DNA from: an uncultured Planctomycetales bacterium
Lineage (GTDB): Bacteria > Omnitrophota > Gorgyraeia > Zapsychrales > JANLHA01
Length of the DNA stretch: 64,000 nt
Direction: 5' to 3'
Assembly: GCA_964489065.1 (NCBI GenBank)
Contig: CAZAXH010000002.1
Span: forward strand, 278,177 to 342,176
A program made the translations under genes and the position numbers. The notes under the pieces were generated by a model that ran no database searches, was not told where the DNA came from, and was given only the letters and a program-made list of their open reading frames with translations. Of the stretch, positions 1-9,090 are shown one piece after another (position 1 is the stretch's first letter; every line of letters begins with the position of its first letter).

Positions 1-470
1 TATCCATTTTTTTAAAGGCTGTTAAAAATTTTGGTTATTCAGTGAAACTGGATACGAACGGCAGTCAGCCTGACGTCCTGTCGAGCCTTTTTCAGCAAAA
101 CCTGGTGGATTATGTGGCGATGGATATTAAGACCTCGCTTCCATTGTATCAGAAAGCGTGTGGAGTGGATGTGGACACGGCCTGTATCGGAAGAAGTATT
201 GACCTTTTGAAAACATCGGGTGTTGATTATGCATTCCGCTCTACTGCGGTGAGGCCTTTTATAGAGGAGCGAACCCTGGCGGACATTCAAAAGGTGCTTG
301 GTCACCCCCAACGCTATATTCTGCAGGAATTTATCCTGCGGGATCAACTGCTCGCTGCTTCTCTTTTAGATCAAAAACAATATACTCCGGAAGAATTCAA
401 GGCGCTGAAAACGAAGTGGGATATGGCTCCCGGGAGTACCTTTTCGGGGCGCGGAAATAATTCTGAATAA
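1..470 (+). CDS. C-terminal fragment of a radical-SAM activating-enzyme family protein (NrdG/PflA-like); the 5' end lies outside the window
   Basis: The translation contains VKLDTNGSQP, resembling the KLDTNG motif of glycyl-radical activating enzymes and related radical-SAM maturases. The ORF is open to the window edge. Confidence 0.45.
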   Translation, partial: SIFLKAVKNFGYSVKLDTNGSQPDVLSSLFQQNLVDYVAMDIKTSLPLYQKACGVDVDTACIGRSIDLLKTSGVDYAFRSTAVRPFIEERTLADIQKVLGHPQRYILQEFILRDQLLAASLLDQKQYTPEEFKALKTKWDMAPGSTFSGRGNNSE

Positions 471-773
471 AAACCAGGAATTGCACCTGATGTCCTTTGG
501 CCGCGAATAATTTCTGGATTGCATTGTGGGGCGATTCCTCCTTTCCATCGTTGTCTATCACAGTCAGAAGTGTTTTTTTACATGGAAACGAGCTGCTGTC
601 TTAATTGGGAATGGTTTTTATGGCTTGTTTTGAAAGGGTCATATTGAGAATTCAGATTAAAGTTGCCATGGCCTGTCTGCACTTTAAGGATTTTTTTATA
701 ACCTGTATTTATTGTTTGTGGTATTTTACTCGAAGTGATATCATAAACCTCAAATCTAAATGACCATATAAAA

Positions 774-2162
774 ATGAAAATAAAATTTATTGTTTTGAGC
801 CTGATTTCATTGCTCTTAGGGGTTGTCGGATATAGGGGGGGGTTGACTGCGCAACAGGCGAGCGTTCTGGCGATTTTTTCTGTGTCGATCCTGGGGACCT
901 TGTTCTTTTGGGATTTCCGTTTGAGCTTTGTCTTTGTCGGATCCGGCGTCTTCCTCTTTATAAAGGCGGTTGTTCTGGAGGATTTTATCCAGTTCGCGTC
1001 TCTGGACGTTATTTTGTTTTTGATCGCGATGATGATTATCGTGGGGATGATGAAAGAGGCCGGTTTCTTCTATTGGCTGATTACGGTGCTGTTACGGGTC
1101 AATAACCTTGACGGGAAAAAGTTGTTTATTATTCTGATGCTGGCCTCGGCGCTTTTTTCGGCTGTCATGGATGAAGTCACTTCGATCATCGTGATGGTGA
1201 CCGTCATCCTCAATATTTGCATGTTTTTGGAAATCAACCCGCTGCCGTTGGTGATGTGCTCGGTTATGGCCACCAATATCGGGTCAGCCTCCACGGTGCT
1301 CGGGAATCCGGTCGGCGTCCTGATTGCCGCCCGCAGCGGCCTGTCTTTTGAAGATTTCCTCTCGCACGCTTTGCCGGTTTCGGTGGTTGTGCTTTTCGTT
1401 TCGATGGTGATCCTGGGGTTTGCCCATCGCCGTTACATTGGAAAACTTTCAACGCTTCTTAAGGAATACCAGAAAGACAAAGGATTCCTTTACCTTATTT
1501 CCATCCCCGCGGACCGCAAGACTAAAATAAGCATAGGGATTTTTGCCGTCACCATTTTTTTGATCGCTTTGCATAAGCGCTTGGAAATGCTGTTGGGAAT
1601 GCAGGAAAACACGCTCTTGATCATGATCCCGATTATTTCCGCGGGGGTTGTGATGTTTTACCGTCACGATAAAGCCCGGGATTACGTTGAGAAGGAGGTC
1701 GAGTGGAATTCCTTATTGTTTTTTATGTTCCTCTTTGCCCAGGCCGGGGTGATCCGGGCGACAGGGATTGCCGACTTTTTCGCCGAGAAAATCGTGGCGA
1801 CCTTCGGAAATTCTCCCCGCCTTTTATCCGGCATGGTGCTTTTTACGGCAGGGGCCTTTTCCAGCGTGCTTGATAACGTTGTCACAGTTGCCTCTTATAT
1901 CCCGATTGTGAAAAGCCTGTCCGTTTTGCATATTAATCTCAAACCGCTGTGGTGGTCACTTTTGTTTGGGGCCTGCTATGGGGGGAACATCACGATGATC
2001 GGTTCGACAGCGAATATTGTTGCCTTGGGCTTGATGGAGAAAGACCAGAATATTAAAGTGAATTTTTACCAGTGGTTGAAGCTCGGGTTGCTTATCGGGC
2101 TGGTCAGCTTGTTTGCCGCTTTTCTGGTTGTCTTTTTCATGTTCGGTTACTTTGAGATTTAG
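774..2162 (+). CDS. ArsB/NhaD-superfamily anion permease (SLC13/CitT-like polytopic membrane transporter)
   Basis: 462 aa with about 12 hydrophobic helices. The repeat architecture and GNPxG-type motifs are typical of ArsB/NhaD permeases. The ATG at 774 follows an AT-rich leader. Confidence 0.7.
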   Translation: MKIKFIVLSLISLLLGVVGYRGGLTAQQASVLAIFSVSILGTLFFWDFRLSFVFVGSGVFLFIKAVVLEDFIQFASLDVILFLIAMMIIVGMMKEAGFFYWLITVLLRVNNLDGKKLFIILMLASALFSAVMDEVTSIIVMVTVILNICMFLEINPLPLVMCSVMATNIGSASTVLGNPVGVLIAARSGLSFEDFLSHALPVSVVVLFVSMVILGFAHRRYIGKLSTLLKEYQKDKGFLYLISIPADRKTKISIGIFAVTIFLIALHKRLEMLLGMQENTLLIMIPIISAGVVMFYRHDKARDYVEKEVEWNSLLFFMFLFAQAGVIRATGIADFFAEKIVATFGNSPRLLSGMVLFTAGAFSSVLDNVVTVASYIPIVKSLSVLHINLKPLWWSLLFGACYGGNITMIGSTANIVALGLMEKDQNIKVNFYQWLKLGLLIGLVSLFAAFLVVFFMFGYFEI

Positions 2163-2218
2163 AAAAGAACTCCGGCTCTGAACCTTCCTGGAGTGATCCG
2201 GAGCAACGGGGTTTGCTT

Positions 2219-3031
2219 ATGTCTGCGCAGTCCTATCAATACATTTATGGGCCGGTCTATTCCTGGCGGCTGGGTGTTTCCCTGGGGGTTGACCCGTTAT
2301 CCACGCAGGAAAAATGTTGCAATTTTAACTGCCGGTATTGCCAGCTTGGTCCGACATTATTTTTTTGTTCCCAACGGGACATTTTCTTGCCGGCGGATAA
2401 AGTCGTTGATGAAATCCGGTCTCTCCCGGATTCTTTGCATTTAGATGTGATTACTTTTTCCGGCCGGGGGGAGCCAACCCTGGCGAAGAATTTAGGCGAG
2501 ATGATTCGGGCAGTTAAGGATATCCGGCCCGAGCCTGTTGCGGTGATCACCAACGCTGTCTTAATCGGTCGGCTGGATGTGCAGGAAGATTTGCTGGCCG
2601 CCGACTTTATCTTGGCCAAACTGGACGCCTTTGACCAGGCCTCGCTTGAGGAGATGAACGTTCCGGCGCCGGGGGTGACTTTTGACGCGATCCTGACCGG
2701 GATTAAGGCCTTCAGAAAAAGATATAAAAAAAAATTGGCTTTGCAGGTCATGTTCACCCGCGGTCATGAATCCTGGGCGGCAGGGATCGCCGATGCCGTC
2801 CGGGATGCCGGCGCGGATGAAATTGAGTTGAACACGCCGCTGCGGCCCAATCCCTGCCAGCCGCTTTCCGCGGAAGAGCTGGCCGCCATCAAACCGCTGT
2901 TCAGCGGTTGTTCTCCATCGGTCAAAACTGTTTACGAGCTTCAGCAGAAACCGGTCCCGCCGCTTAATAGAGAAGAAACAGTCAGGCGGCACGGTTTATA
3001 TAACGCGGACCCTCACGGGCAACCAGAATAA
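2219..3031 (+). CDS. radical SAM domain protein (Fe-S oxidoreductase, COG0731-like)
   Basis: CNFNCRYCQ (CxxxCxxC) cluster-binding motif near the N-terminus after a GPVYSWRLGVSLGVDPLS segment. The ATG is at 2219; the track ORF starts at an upstream TTG. Confidence 0.7.
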   Translation: MSAQSYQYIYGPVYSWRLGVSLGVDPLSTQEKCCNFNCRYCQLGPTLFFCSQRDIFLPADKVVDEIRSLPDSLHLDVITFSGRGEPTLAKNLGEMIRAVKDIRPEPVAVITNAVLIGRLDVQEDLLAADFILAKLDAFDQASLEEMNVPAPGVTFDAILTGIKAFRKRYKKKLALQVMFTRGHESWAAGIADAVRDAGADEIELNTPLRPNPCQPLSAEELAAIKPLFSGCSPSVKTVYELQQKPVPPLNREETVRRHGLYNADPHGQPE

Positions 3032-3122
3032 TTTTGCTTATATTTTTATCTTTTTCTCTTCCCGCGGTGGGGATTCCGTATATAATGACACTAAGAATAA
3101 AAATCATAAATAATAATCACTT

Positions 3123-3587
3123 ATGACGTCTTCAGAACAGGAAAACCAGAAACCAGAACAGCCCGATATTTCCCCGGCTCCGGAGACCCCCCAGGAGTCG
3201 GGGGCGGAGACAGTTTCGGAAACAGCGCCCGTTGATGGCGAGGAGGCTGCTACGGAACAAAATGTTTCTGCGCCGGAGCCAGTATCAGCCCCACAAACCG
3301 AAAGTGGCGACGGGAAAGGGGCTGCCCATGATTCATCCCCGCCACAGACGCCGGACTGGGGAAATAATCCCAGGAAAATTTTGCAGGAGCTTGAGAAGGA
3401 ATGTGACTCTGAAAAAGGGAAAAAAACGGCCCCTGTTTCGGATACCTCGTCCGTTCCCCCGGGCCCGGAAACTTCTCCTGTCCTTCCGGGTCATCCTTTA
3501 TCGGATGATGCTACCGCTGACGACCTGATTACAGAGGCGATGCGGGAATTGGATGTTTTAATCAAACAGATTAGAGAGAATCCATAA
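3123..3587 (+). CDS. hypothetical acidic, Pro/Glu/Ser/Thr-rich low-complexity protein
   Basis: 154-aa ORF in the coding orientation of its neighbours. The N-terminal two thirds are strongly compositionally biased; the C-terminal ~40 aa look helical. No recognisable motif. Confidence 0.4.
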   Translation: MTSSEQENQKPEQPDISPAPETPQESGAETVSETAPVDGEEAATEQNVSAPEPVSAPQTESGDGKGAAHDSSPPQTPDWGNNPRKILQELEKECDSEKGKKTAPVSDTSSVPPGPETSPVLPGHPLSDDATADDLITEAMRELDVLIKQIRENP

Positions 3588-3630
3588 TCTTCAGTCGCCG
3601 GTCTTTCCGTTTAATGTCCTGTTTTTTATC

Positions 3631-3662
3631 TTGATAGAATTTTGCGGCTATTTGTATATAAT
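3631..3662 (+). promoter_or_regulatory. sigma70-like promoter candidate upstream of pncA (TTGATA ... TATAAT)
   Basis: TTGATA at 3631-3636. A TATATA/TATAAT -10 at 3655-3662 lies 18-20 nt downstream, about 50 nt before the pncA RBS AAGGAGG. Confidence 0.3.
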
Positions 3663-3712
3663 AATGTTGATGGACTTGTGTTCAAGGCCGTTCAATAGAA
3701 GGAGGTGTTTTT

Positions 3713-4309
3713 ATGCCTCAAAAAGCGCTTGTTCTTGTCGATGTCCAGAATGATTTTTGTCCGGGAGGGGCGTTGCCCGTTCCAGAGGGGGATCAAATTA
3801 TTTTTTCCTGCAATCGGTATCTGGAGGAGTTTCAGAAGGCGGGGCATCTGATTATCCTTTCCCGGGATTGGCATCCCCGCCAGACCAGGCATTTCAAGAC
3901 GCATGGCGGGGTATGGCCAGCGCATTGCGTGCGGGATACGCAGGGTGCCGGGTTCCCCCCGGGCCTTCTTGGGCCGTCCCAGGCCATCATCGTGTCAAAA
4001 GGAGAGGGGGACGAGGATGGTTATTCGGCTTTTCAGGGCGGGGATGCCCGGGGACTGCGTCTTGAAAGGATTTTGAAGGACCACCAGGTGGATGAAATTT
4101 ATGTCGGCGGCCTGGCCACGGATTATTGTGTGAAAGCCACATGCCTTGACGGTGTTCGTTTGGGCTTCCGGGTTTTTCTGCTGAAAGACGCCGTCAGGGG
4201 GGGTAACATCAAGCCGGGCGATTCGGCCCAGGCCATCTCGGACATGGAGGCCGCGGGAGTAAAGATCCTGGAGCGGTTGATAGTGTCCGACCCGGGGACA
4301 CATCCATGA
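3713..4309 (+). CDS. pncA: nicotinamidase / isochorismatase-family hydrolase
   Basis: N-terminal ALVLVDVQNDFCPGGAL motif is typical of PncA. A catalytic Cys is present in the YVGGLATDYCV context. Strong AAGGAGG RBS. ATGA overlap with the downstream NAPRTase gene. Confidence 0.8.
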   Translation: MPQKALVLVDVQNDFCPGGALPVPEGDQIIFSCNRYLEEFQKAGHLIILSRDWHPRQTRHFKTHGGVWPAHCVRDTQGAGFPPGLLGPSQAIIVSKGEGDEDGYSAFQGGDARGLRLERILKDHQVDEIYVGGLATDYCVKATCLDGVRLGFRVFLLKDAVRGGNIKPGDSAQAISDMEAAGVKILERLIVSDPGTHP

Positions 4310-5676
4310 CCTCCGGGCGTGCTTTTATGACTGATTTTTATGAGTTCACCATGGCTGCGGGTTATTTTGAAAACCGGGTCAACCCCAAAGCCACCTTTGA
4401 ACTCTATTGCCACACTCTTCCGGCCGCGCGGTCCTATTTGCTGGTTTGCGGGCTCCAGGATATTGTTCGTTATCTTCTCCATTTTAAGTTCTCGGCGGCG
4501 GAGATCAAATTTTTGCAGGCCCAGCCGGCTTTCAAGAATGTCTCCCGGGATTTTTTTGATTACCTTCGGGGGTTTAAGTTTTCGGGGGATGTCTGGGCCA
4601 TGCCGGAAGGCGAGGCGTGTTTCGCCAACGAGCCTGTCCTGCAGGTTGAAGCCCCGATTATCGAAGCGCAGCTTGTGGAGACCTATCTGTTATCCATGAT
4701 TAATATTCAGACTCTGGTGGCCAGCAAGGCGGCCCGTATCGTTCAGGCCGCGCAGTGTGACGGCACGCGCCGTCCCGTCATCGATTTCGGTTCCCGCCGG
4801 GCGCACGGCCCCGAGGCCGGCGTGTTGGCCGCCCGGGGGGCGTATGTCGGAGGGTGTTTCGGAACGTCCAACGTGCAGGCCGGGCGTTTATATAAAATCC
4901 CGGTTCTCGGAACCATGGCCCATTCCTGGGTGCAGGCTTTTGCGAATGAAGAAGCGGCGTTTAAGAATTATCAGGATGTTTTCCCTGAAAATGCCATTTT
5001 GCTGGTGGACACGTATGACACCCTTCAGGGTGTCCGCCGGGCGGCGGCGCTTAAAAAGGCTTTTAATGGGGTCCGGCTTGATAGCGGGGATTTGCTTTCT
5101 TTGAGTATGCAGGCCAGACGTATTCTGGACCGGGCTGGCTGTTCGGAGGCGAAAATTATCGCCAGCGGGAATCTGGATGAATATAAAATTCAAACGCTGG
5201 TTAAAAGTAAAGCGCCGATTGATATTTTCGGGGTGGGGACAGAAATGGTGGTTTCGGGGGACGCTCCGTCATTGGATTTAACGTATAAGCTGGTTCAACT
5301 GGAAACAAGGCCGGGCAGTGTTTCTTACACGGCAAAACTCAGTTATGGCAAACATACGATTCCCGGCCGGAAACAGGTTTATCGCGTTTTTGACTCCAGG
5401 CATCAGTTTGAAAGAGATATTATAACTTTAGCCAAGGAAGTCGCCCCCGTCCGCGCTCGTCCTTTGCTTGCGCCGGTTATTCGCCAGGGCCGGTTGCTGA
5501 AGGCATTGCCGTCCCTTGCCGAGGCCCGCGCCCGGGCCGAGGAGAATCTCCGCTGTCTTCCGTCCCATTTCCTGCGTCTGAAACGATCTTCTCCCTATCT
5601 GGTTGAATACAGCCAGGAGATTATGGCTTTATCCCGGGCTGTGCATCAGAGGGGGAGAAAACGCTCGGGGCGTTGA
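4306..5676 (+). CDS. pncB: nicotinate phosphoribosyltransferase
   Basis: MTDFYEFTM N-terminal motif and overall length (456 aa) match NAPRTase. Co-operonic with pncA. Confidence 0.85.
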   Translation: MTSGRAFMTDFYEFTMAAGYFENRVNPKATFELYCHTLPAARSYLLVCGLQDIVRYLLHFKFSAAEIKFLQAQPAFKNVSRDFFDYLRGFKFSGDVWAMPEGEACFANEPVLQVEAPIIEAQLVETYLLSMINIQTLVASKAARIVQAAQCDGTRRPVIDFGSRRAHGPEAGVLAARGAYVGGCFGTSNVQAGRLYKIPVLGTMAHSWVQAFANEEAAFKNYQDVFPENAILLVDTYDTLQGVRRAAALKKAFNGVRLDSGDLLSLSMQARRILDRAGCSEAKIIASGNLDEYKIQTLVKSKAPIDIFGVGTEMVVSGDAPSLDLTYKLVQLETRPGSVSYTAKLSYGKHTIPGRKQVYRVFDSRHQFERDIITLAKEVAPVRARPLLAPVIRQGRLLKALPSLAEARARAEENLRCLPSHFLRLKRSSPYLVEYSQEIMALSRAVHQRGRKRSGR

Positions 5677-5721
5677 TGGGGACGGGGTCTTGGGACGGGA
5701 GACGGGGCTGCCAGTAAATGC

Positions 5722-5750
5722 TTGACAGCCTGTCTGTTTTAGAATATATT
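5722..5750 (+). promoter_or_regulatory. strong sigma70-type promoter (TTGACA-17-TATATT) driving the leader upstream of ribBA
   Basis: TTGACA at 5722-5727, a 17-nt spacer, and TATATT at 5745-5750. Confidence 0.55.
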
Positions 5751-5756
5751 ACACAG

Positions 5757-6062
5757 AAGCTTTCGGGATAACCGTACGGTGAAAGTACGGCGGGGTGAGA
5801 GTCCAAGCTGGCAGTGATCCGGGCTGACCGGTAAGCCTGCGAGCCCCCTTATCAGGGGCAGAGCAAGTGCGCTTGTTTTTAGCAACTCTTGAGCCAATAG
5901 TTCCATGCCCGGCATGGACACATTTGCAGGGAAAATAAATGTGAAAGCCTAGAAGAGAGAGAGCTTTGATAATGAAGGTGTCTGACGTCTGAACTGCTTG
6001 TATGATGTCAGCGTTGCGTTATCATGAAGTCCTTATCCCGAGCCCAGGCTCGGTTTTTTTTT
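5757..6062 (+). promoter_or_regulatory. about 300-nt GC-rich structured 5' leader of ribBA ending in an intrinsic terminator; probable riboswitch (FMN class expected from context but not verified)
   Basis: Lies between a consensus promoter and a hairpin plus T9 terminator immediately upstream of the ribBA RBS. It contains FMN-element-like words (GGTGAAAG, GAGAGTCC, ACCGGTAAGCCTGCGAGCC, GGGGCAGAGC). I could not fold it onto the RF00050 consensus by eye. Confidence 0.4.
6038..6062 (+). terminator. Rho-independent terminator / attenuator hairpin followed by a T9 run
   Basis: CCGAGC-CCAG-GCTCGG hairpin (6038-6053) followed by TTTTTTTTT (6054-6062), about 50 nt before the ribBA ATG. Confidence 0.55.
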
Positions 6063-6114
6063 GTCCCGGGTCCAATGGATTTTGGCAAAGGTTATGATGA
6101 GAGAGGGCAGGAAC

Positions 6115-7320
6115 ATGTTTAATTCAATTGAGGAAATTATTGAGGAACTTCGCGCCGGGAACATGGTTATCGTCATGGACGATGAAAACCGGGAAAATGA
6201 GGGGGACCTTGTGTGCGCCGCGCAATTTGTGTCTCCCGAAAAAATAAATTTTATGGCTAAATATGCCCGCGGGCTCATTTGCGTCCCGATGGAGGAAACC
6301 CGGCTGGATGAATTAGGGCTTCATCCGATGAAAGATAATGTTTTTTCTCATTATCAGCATCAATATAGCCACCTGGGCTGGACAATGTCTGTTGACGCGG
6401 CGCAAGGGGTGACAACCGGGATCTCAGCCTTTGACCGCGCGCACACGATTAAAGTTCTCATTGATTCTCAATCCACCCCGGCTGACCTGGAAACGCCGGG
6501 GCACTTGTTTCCATTAAGGGCCCGGAAGGGCGGTGTTCTGGTCCGGGCGGGGCATACGGAAGCTGCGGTCGATTTGATGCGGATATCCGGGCTGTTCCCG
6601 GCGGGTGTTATTTGTGAGATTATGAATGAGGACGGGACTATGGCGCGGATGAAGGAATTGGGCGAGTTCGCCCAAAAGTATAACCTTAAAATGTGTTCTA
6701 TCGCCAGCCTGATTGAGTACCGCCGCCGCTCTGAACGGCTGATTTCCCGGGGGGTCGAAGCCGTGCTCCCGACCAAGTACGGGACGTTTCGGTTATGCGG
6801 TTATGAGTCCCGGCTAGATAAGCAGGCGCATCTCGCCCTAATCATGGGGGAGATTGACGCCTCGCAGCCGCAACTGGTCCGGGTTCAGTCCGAATGCTTG
6901 ACCGGGGATGTGTTTGGTTCCCTGCGCTGTGACTGCAATGAACAACTGCATAGTGCGATGAGAATGATCCGGGACAATGGCTCCGGGATTTTGCTTTATA
7001 TGCGTCAGGAAGGCCGGGGTATAGGCCTGATTAACAAAATCAAGGCGTATCATCTTCAGGACGAAGGGATGGACACCGTGGAAGCGAACGAAGCTTTGGG
7101 TTTTGCTGCGGATTTAAGAGATTACGGGATCGGCGCCCAGATTCTTGTGGATTTGGGGGTTAAGCAGATTCGTCTTTTAACGAATAACCCCCGGAAAATT
7201 GTCGGGTTTGAAGGGTATGGTTTGAAAGTGGTGGAACGGGTCCCCCTGCAAGTGCCTCTCACGCCGGACAACACGAATTATTTGAAGACAAAGAAGGAAA
7301 AGCTAGGACATCTTTTATGA
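6115..7320 (+). CDS. ribBA: bifunctional 3,4-dihydroxy-2-butanone-4-phosphate synthase / GTP cyclohydrolase II
   Basis: DHBP synthase N-terminal half (RENEGDLV, a GHTEAAVDL-type motif) and GTP cyclohydrolase II C-terminal half (CxC ... CDCNEQL zinc motif, RQEGRGIGL). The ATG at 6115 follows a GAGAGGG RBS downstream of the terminator. Confidence 0.9.
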   Translation: MFNSIEEIIEELRAGNMVIVMDDENRENEGDLVCAAQFVSPEKINFMAKYARGLICVPMEETRLDELGLHPMKDNVFSHYQHQYSHLGWTMSVDAAQGVTTGISAFDRAHTIKVLIDSQSTPADLETPGHLFPLRARKGGVLVRAGHTEAAVDLMRISGLFPAGVICEIMNEDGTMARMKELGEFAQKYNLKMCSIASLIEYRRRSERLISRGVEAVLPTKYGTFRLCGYESRLDKQAHLALIMGEIDASQPQLVRVQSECLTGDVFGSLRCDCNEQLHSAMRMIRDNGSGILLYMRQEGRGIGLINKIKAYHLQDEGMDTVEANEALGFAADLRDYGIGAQILVDLGVKQIRLLTNNPRKIVGFEGYGLKVVERVPLQVPLTPDNTNYLKTKKEKLGHLL

Positions 7321-7373
7321 AAAGAGCCGGGCCCAGACGCGCTGGCGTGTTTCAGGAGGCATTTTAAAAAGTC

Positions 7374-7811
7374 ATGGCAGCAAAGAAAAATTATGTTATT
7401 ATTGTTTCACGTTTTAATGAGATGATTACCCACCGCTTGCTTGAGGGATGTGAGGGACAGCTCCTGAAACGAGGGATTCGTAAAAATGCTGTACGCGTTG
7501 TGTGGGTGCCGGGCGCTTTTGAAATCCCCGTGGCCGCGCTGAAAGCGGCCAGAAAACAAACAACGGCGGCCGTAATCTGTCTCGGAGCGGTTGTCCGGGG
7601 CGAAACGTATCATTTTGAGTTGGTGGCCCAGAACGCGGCGAAAGGGATTCTGGACGTTTCCCTTTTAACCGGCAAGCCAGTCATTTTCGGGGTTTTAACG
7701 ACGGAAACGCTGGATCAGGCTTATAAACGCTCGGATGTCAAAGGAGACCACAAAGGCCGGGACGCGGCCGATGTGGCCGTGGACATGGTTCAAACCTTGG
7801 TGAATATTTAA
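7374..7811 (+). CDS. ribH: 6,7-dimethyl-8-ribityllumazine synthase
   Basis: 145 aa. The VSRFNE ... WVPGAFEIP ... VICLGAVVRGETYHFE motifs are characteristic of RibH. Confidence 0.9.
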   Translation: MAAKKNYVIIVSRFNEMITHRLLEGCEGQLLKRGIRKNAVRVVWVPGAFEIPVAALKAARKQTTAAVICLGAVVRGETYHFELVAQNAAKGILDVSLLTGKPVIFGVLTTETLDQAYKRSDVKGDHKGRDAADVAVDMVQTLVNI

Positions 7812-8269
7812 TGGACGACGAGTCAATAAATAAAAGTAGTATGCGCAAACGGTCTTTGGCCAGGGAATACGCGCTGATTATCCTTTATCAGAAAGACGTA
7901 ACCGCCCAGGATGTTGATCATAAAGTCCGCCAGTTCTGGGAAGAAACCGAAGATACCCACACAGAGGTCAAGGAATTCGCGAACCGGCTGGTTTACGGCG
8001 TTAACCGGGAACTGGAAGAGATTGATAAAAAGATCGCTTATTACGCGACGAATTGGCAGTTGAAGCGGATGGCCACTATTGACCGGAATATATTAAGACT
8101 CGGGGTCTTCGAATTTTTTTATGCCCCGGATATCCCTCCCAAAGTCACGATTAATGAAGCCGTGGAGCTGGCCAAGAAATTCGGGGACTTGGAATCCAGC
8201 AAATTTGTTAACGGCATTCTGGACAAAATTCATAAAACCGAAGTGGTTCTTCTTAAAGAGCAGAAGTGA
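7811..8269 (+). CDS. nusB: transcription antitermination factor NusB
   Basis: 152 aa with NusB-family helices (REYALIILYQ ... DRNILRLGVFEF ... INEAVELAKKFG). Conserved position after ribH. Confidence 0.85.
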   Translation: MDDESINKSSMRKRSLAREYALIILYQKDVTAQDVDHKVRQFWEETEDTHTEVKEFANRLVYGVNRELEEIDKKIAYYATNWQLKRMATIDRNILRLGVFEFFYAPDIPPKVTINEAVELAKKFGDLESSKFVNGILDKIHKTEVVLLKEQK

Positions 8270-9090
8270 CCGGGTCCGCAGATCTCCATATTCACACGTA
8301 CTATTCCGATAGCACATATACCCCGGAAGAAGTGTTGCAGCATGCTGTTGCCGCCGGATTGGACTGTATCGCGATCACGGACCATGATACGGTGGAAGGG
8401 GTCCAACCCGTCAAGGATCTCGCTGTCCCTTATGATGTCGAAGTCGTTTCCGGCGTCGAGTTATCCAGCGAGGAAGAAGGTCGCGATATTCATGTCCTAG
8501 GATATTTCATTGACCAGGAGAACAGCGCTTTGCTTTCGGCGTTACGGCATTTCCAGGATATCCGGGTTGAACGCATTCACCTCATGCTGGAGAAGCTGGG
8601 CCAGATGGGAATCCATAATATTACGTTTGAAGAAGTTGATGCCCAAACCAAAGCGGATGTCGTCGGCCGTCTGCATCTCGCTCAACTGCTGATCCGGAAA
8701 GGCTGGGCCGCGGACCATCGGGAGGCGTTTGCGAAATATCTCGGGGAAGGCGCGCCGGCGTATGTGAAGAAAAGCCGTCTGAACGTGCGGGAAGCGATGG
8801 GGCTGATTCATCAGGCCGGAGGTTTGGCGGTGCTCGCTCACCCGATGGTGACAAACGTCGACCATTTAATCCCCCGTTTTGCCAGAGAGGGCTTGGATGG
8901 GCTGGAGGTCTATTATCCTCACACGTATGAGACGATTACGCAATATTACGAGCGGAAAGCGGATAAATACGGGTTGTTACGGACCGGAGGTTCAGACGCG
9001 CACGGCCAGCATAAAAATCATACTTATATAGGGAAGCTGAAAATACCTTATACCTTAGTGGATCAGATGAAAGAACGTTTGGAGAGCTGA
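8266..9090 (+). CDS. PHP-domain metal-dependent phosphoesterase (TrpH/YciV-like)
   Basis: N-terminal DLHIHTYYSD ... IAITDHDT PHP motifs and a C-terminal GGSDAHG motif. GTG start overlapping the nusB stop. Confidence 0.75.
   Translation: MTGSADLHIHTYYSDSTYTPEEVLQHAVAAGLDCIAITDHDTVEGVQPVKDLAVPYDVEVVSGVELSSEEEGRDIHVLGYFIDQENSALLSALRHFQDIRVERIHLMLEKLGQMGIHNITFEEVDAQTKADVVGRLHLAQLLIRKGWAADHREAFAKYLGEGAPAYVKKSRLNVREAMGLIHQAGGLAVLAHPMVTNVDHLIPRFAREGLDGLEVYYPHTYETITQYYERKADKYGLLRTGGSDAHGQHKNHTYIGKLKIPYTLVDQMKERLES

Noticed and set aside
3232-3528. 98-aa plus-strand ORF nested in another frame of the acidic protein gene (similar nested plus-strand ORFs at 908-1105, 3757-4065, 4340-4699, 11494-11874)
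   Set aside because: These are alternative frames within better-supported genes. Their products are Arg-rich, low-complexity and lack start-site signals.
5757-6062. Interpretation of the ribBA leader as SRP RNA, RNase P RNA or 6S RNA
   Set aside because: The conserved SRP domain-IV motif (GGUCCGGAAGGAAGCAGCC) and the RNase P P4 cores (GGAAAGUCCGGGCUCC / ACAGAACCCGGCUUA) are absent. The position directly upstream of ribBA, with a terminator just before the RBS, fits a cis-acting leader better.
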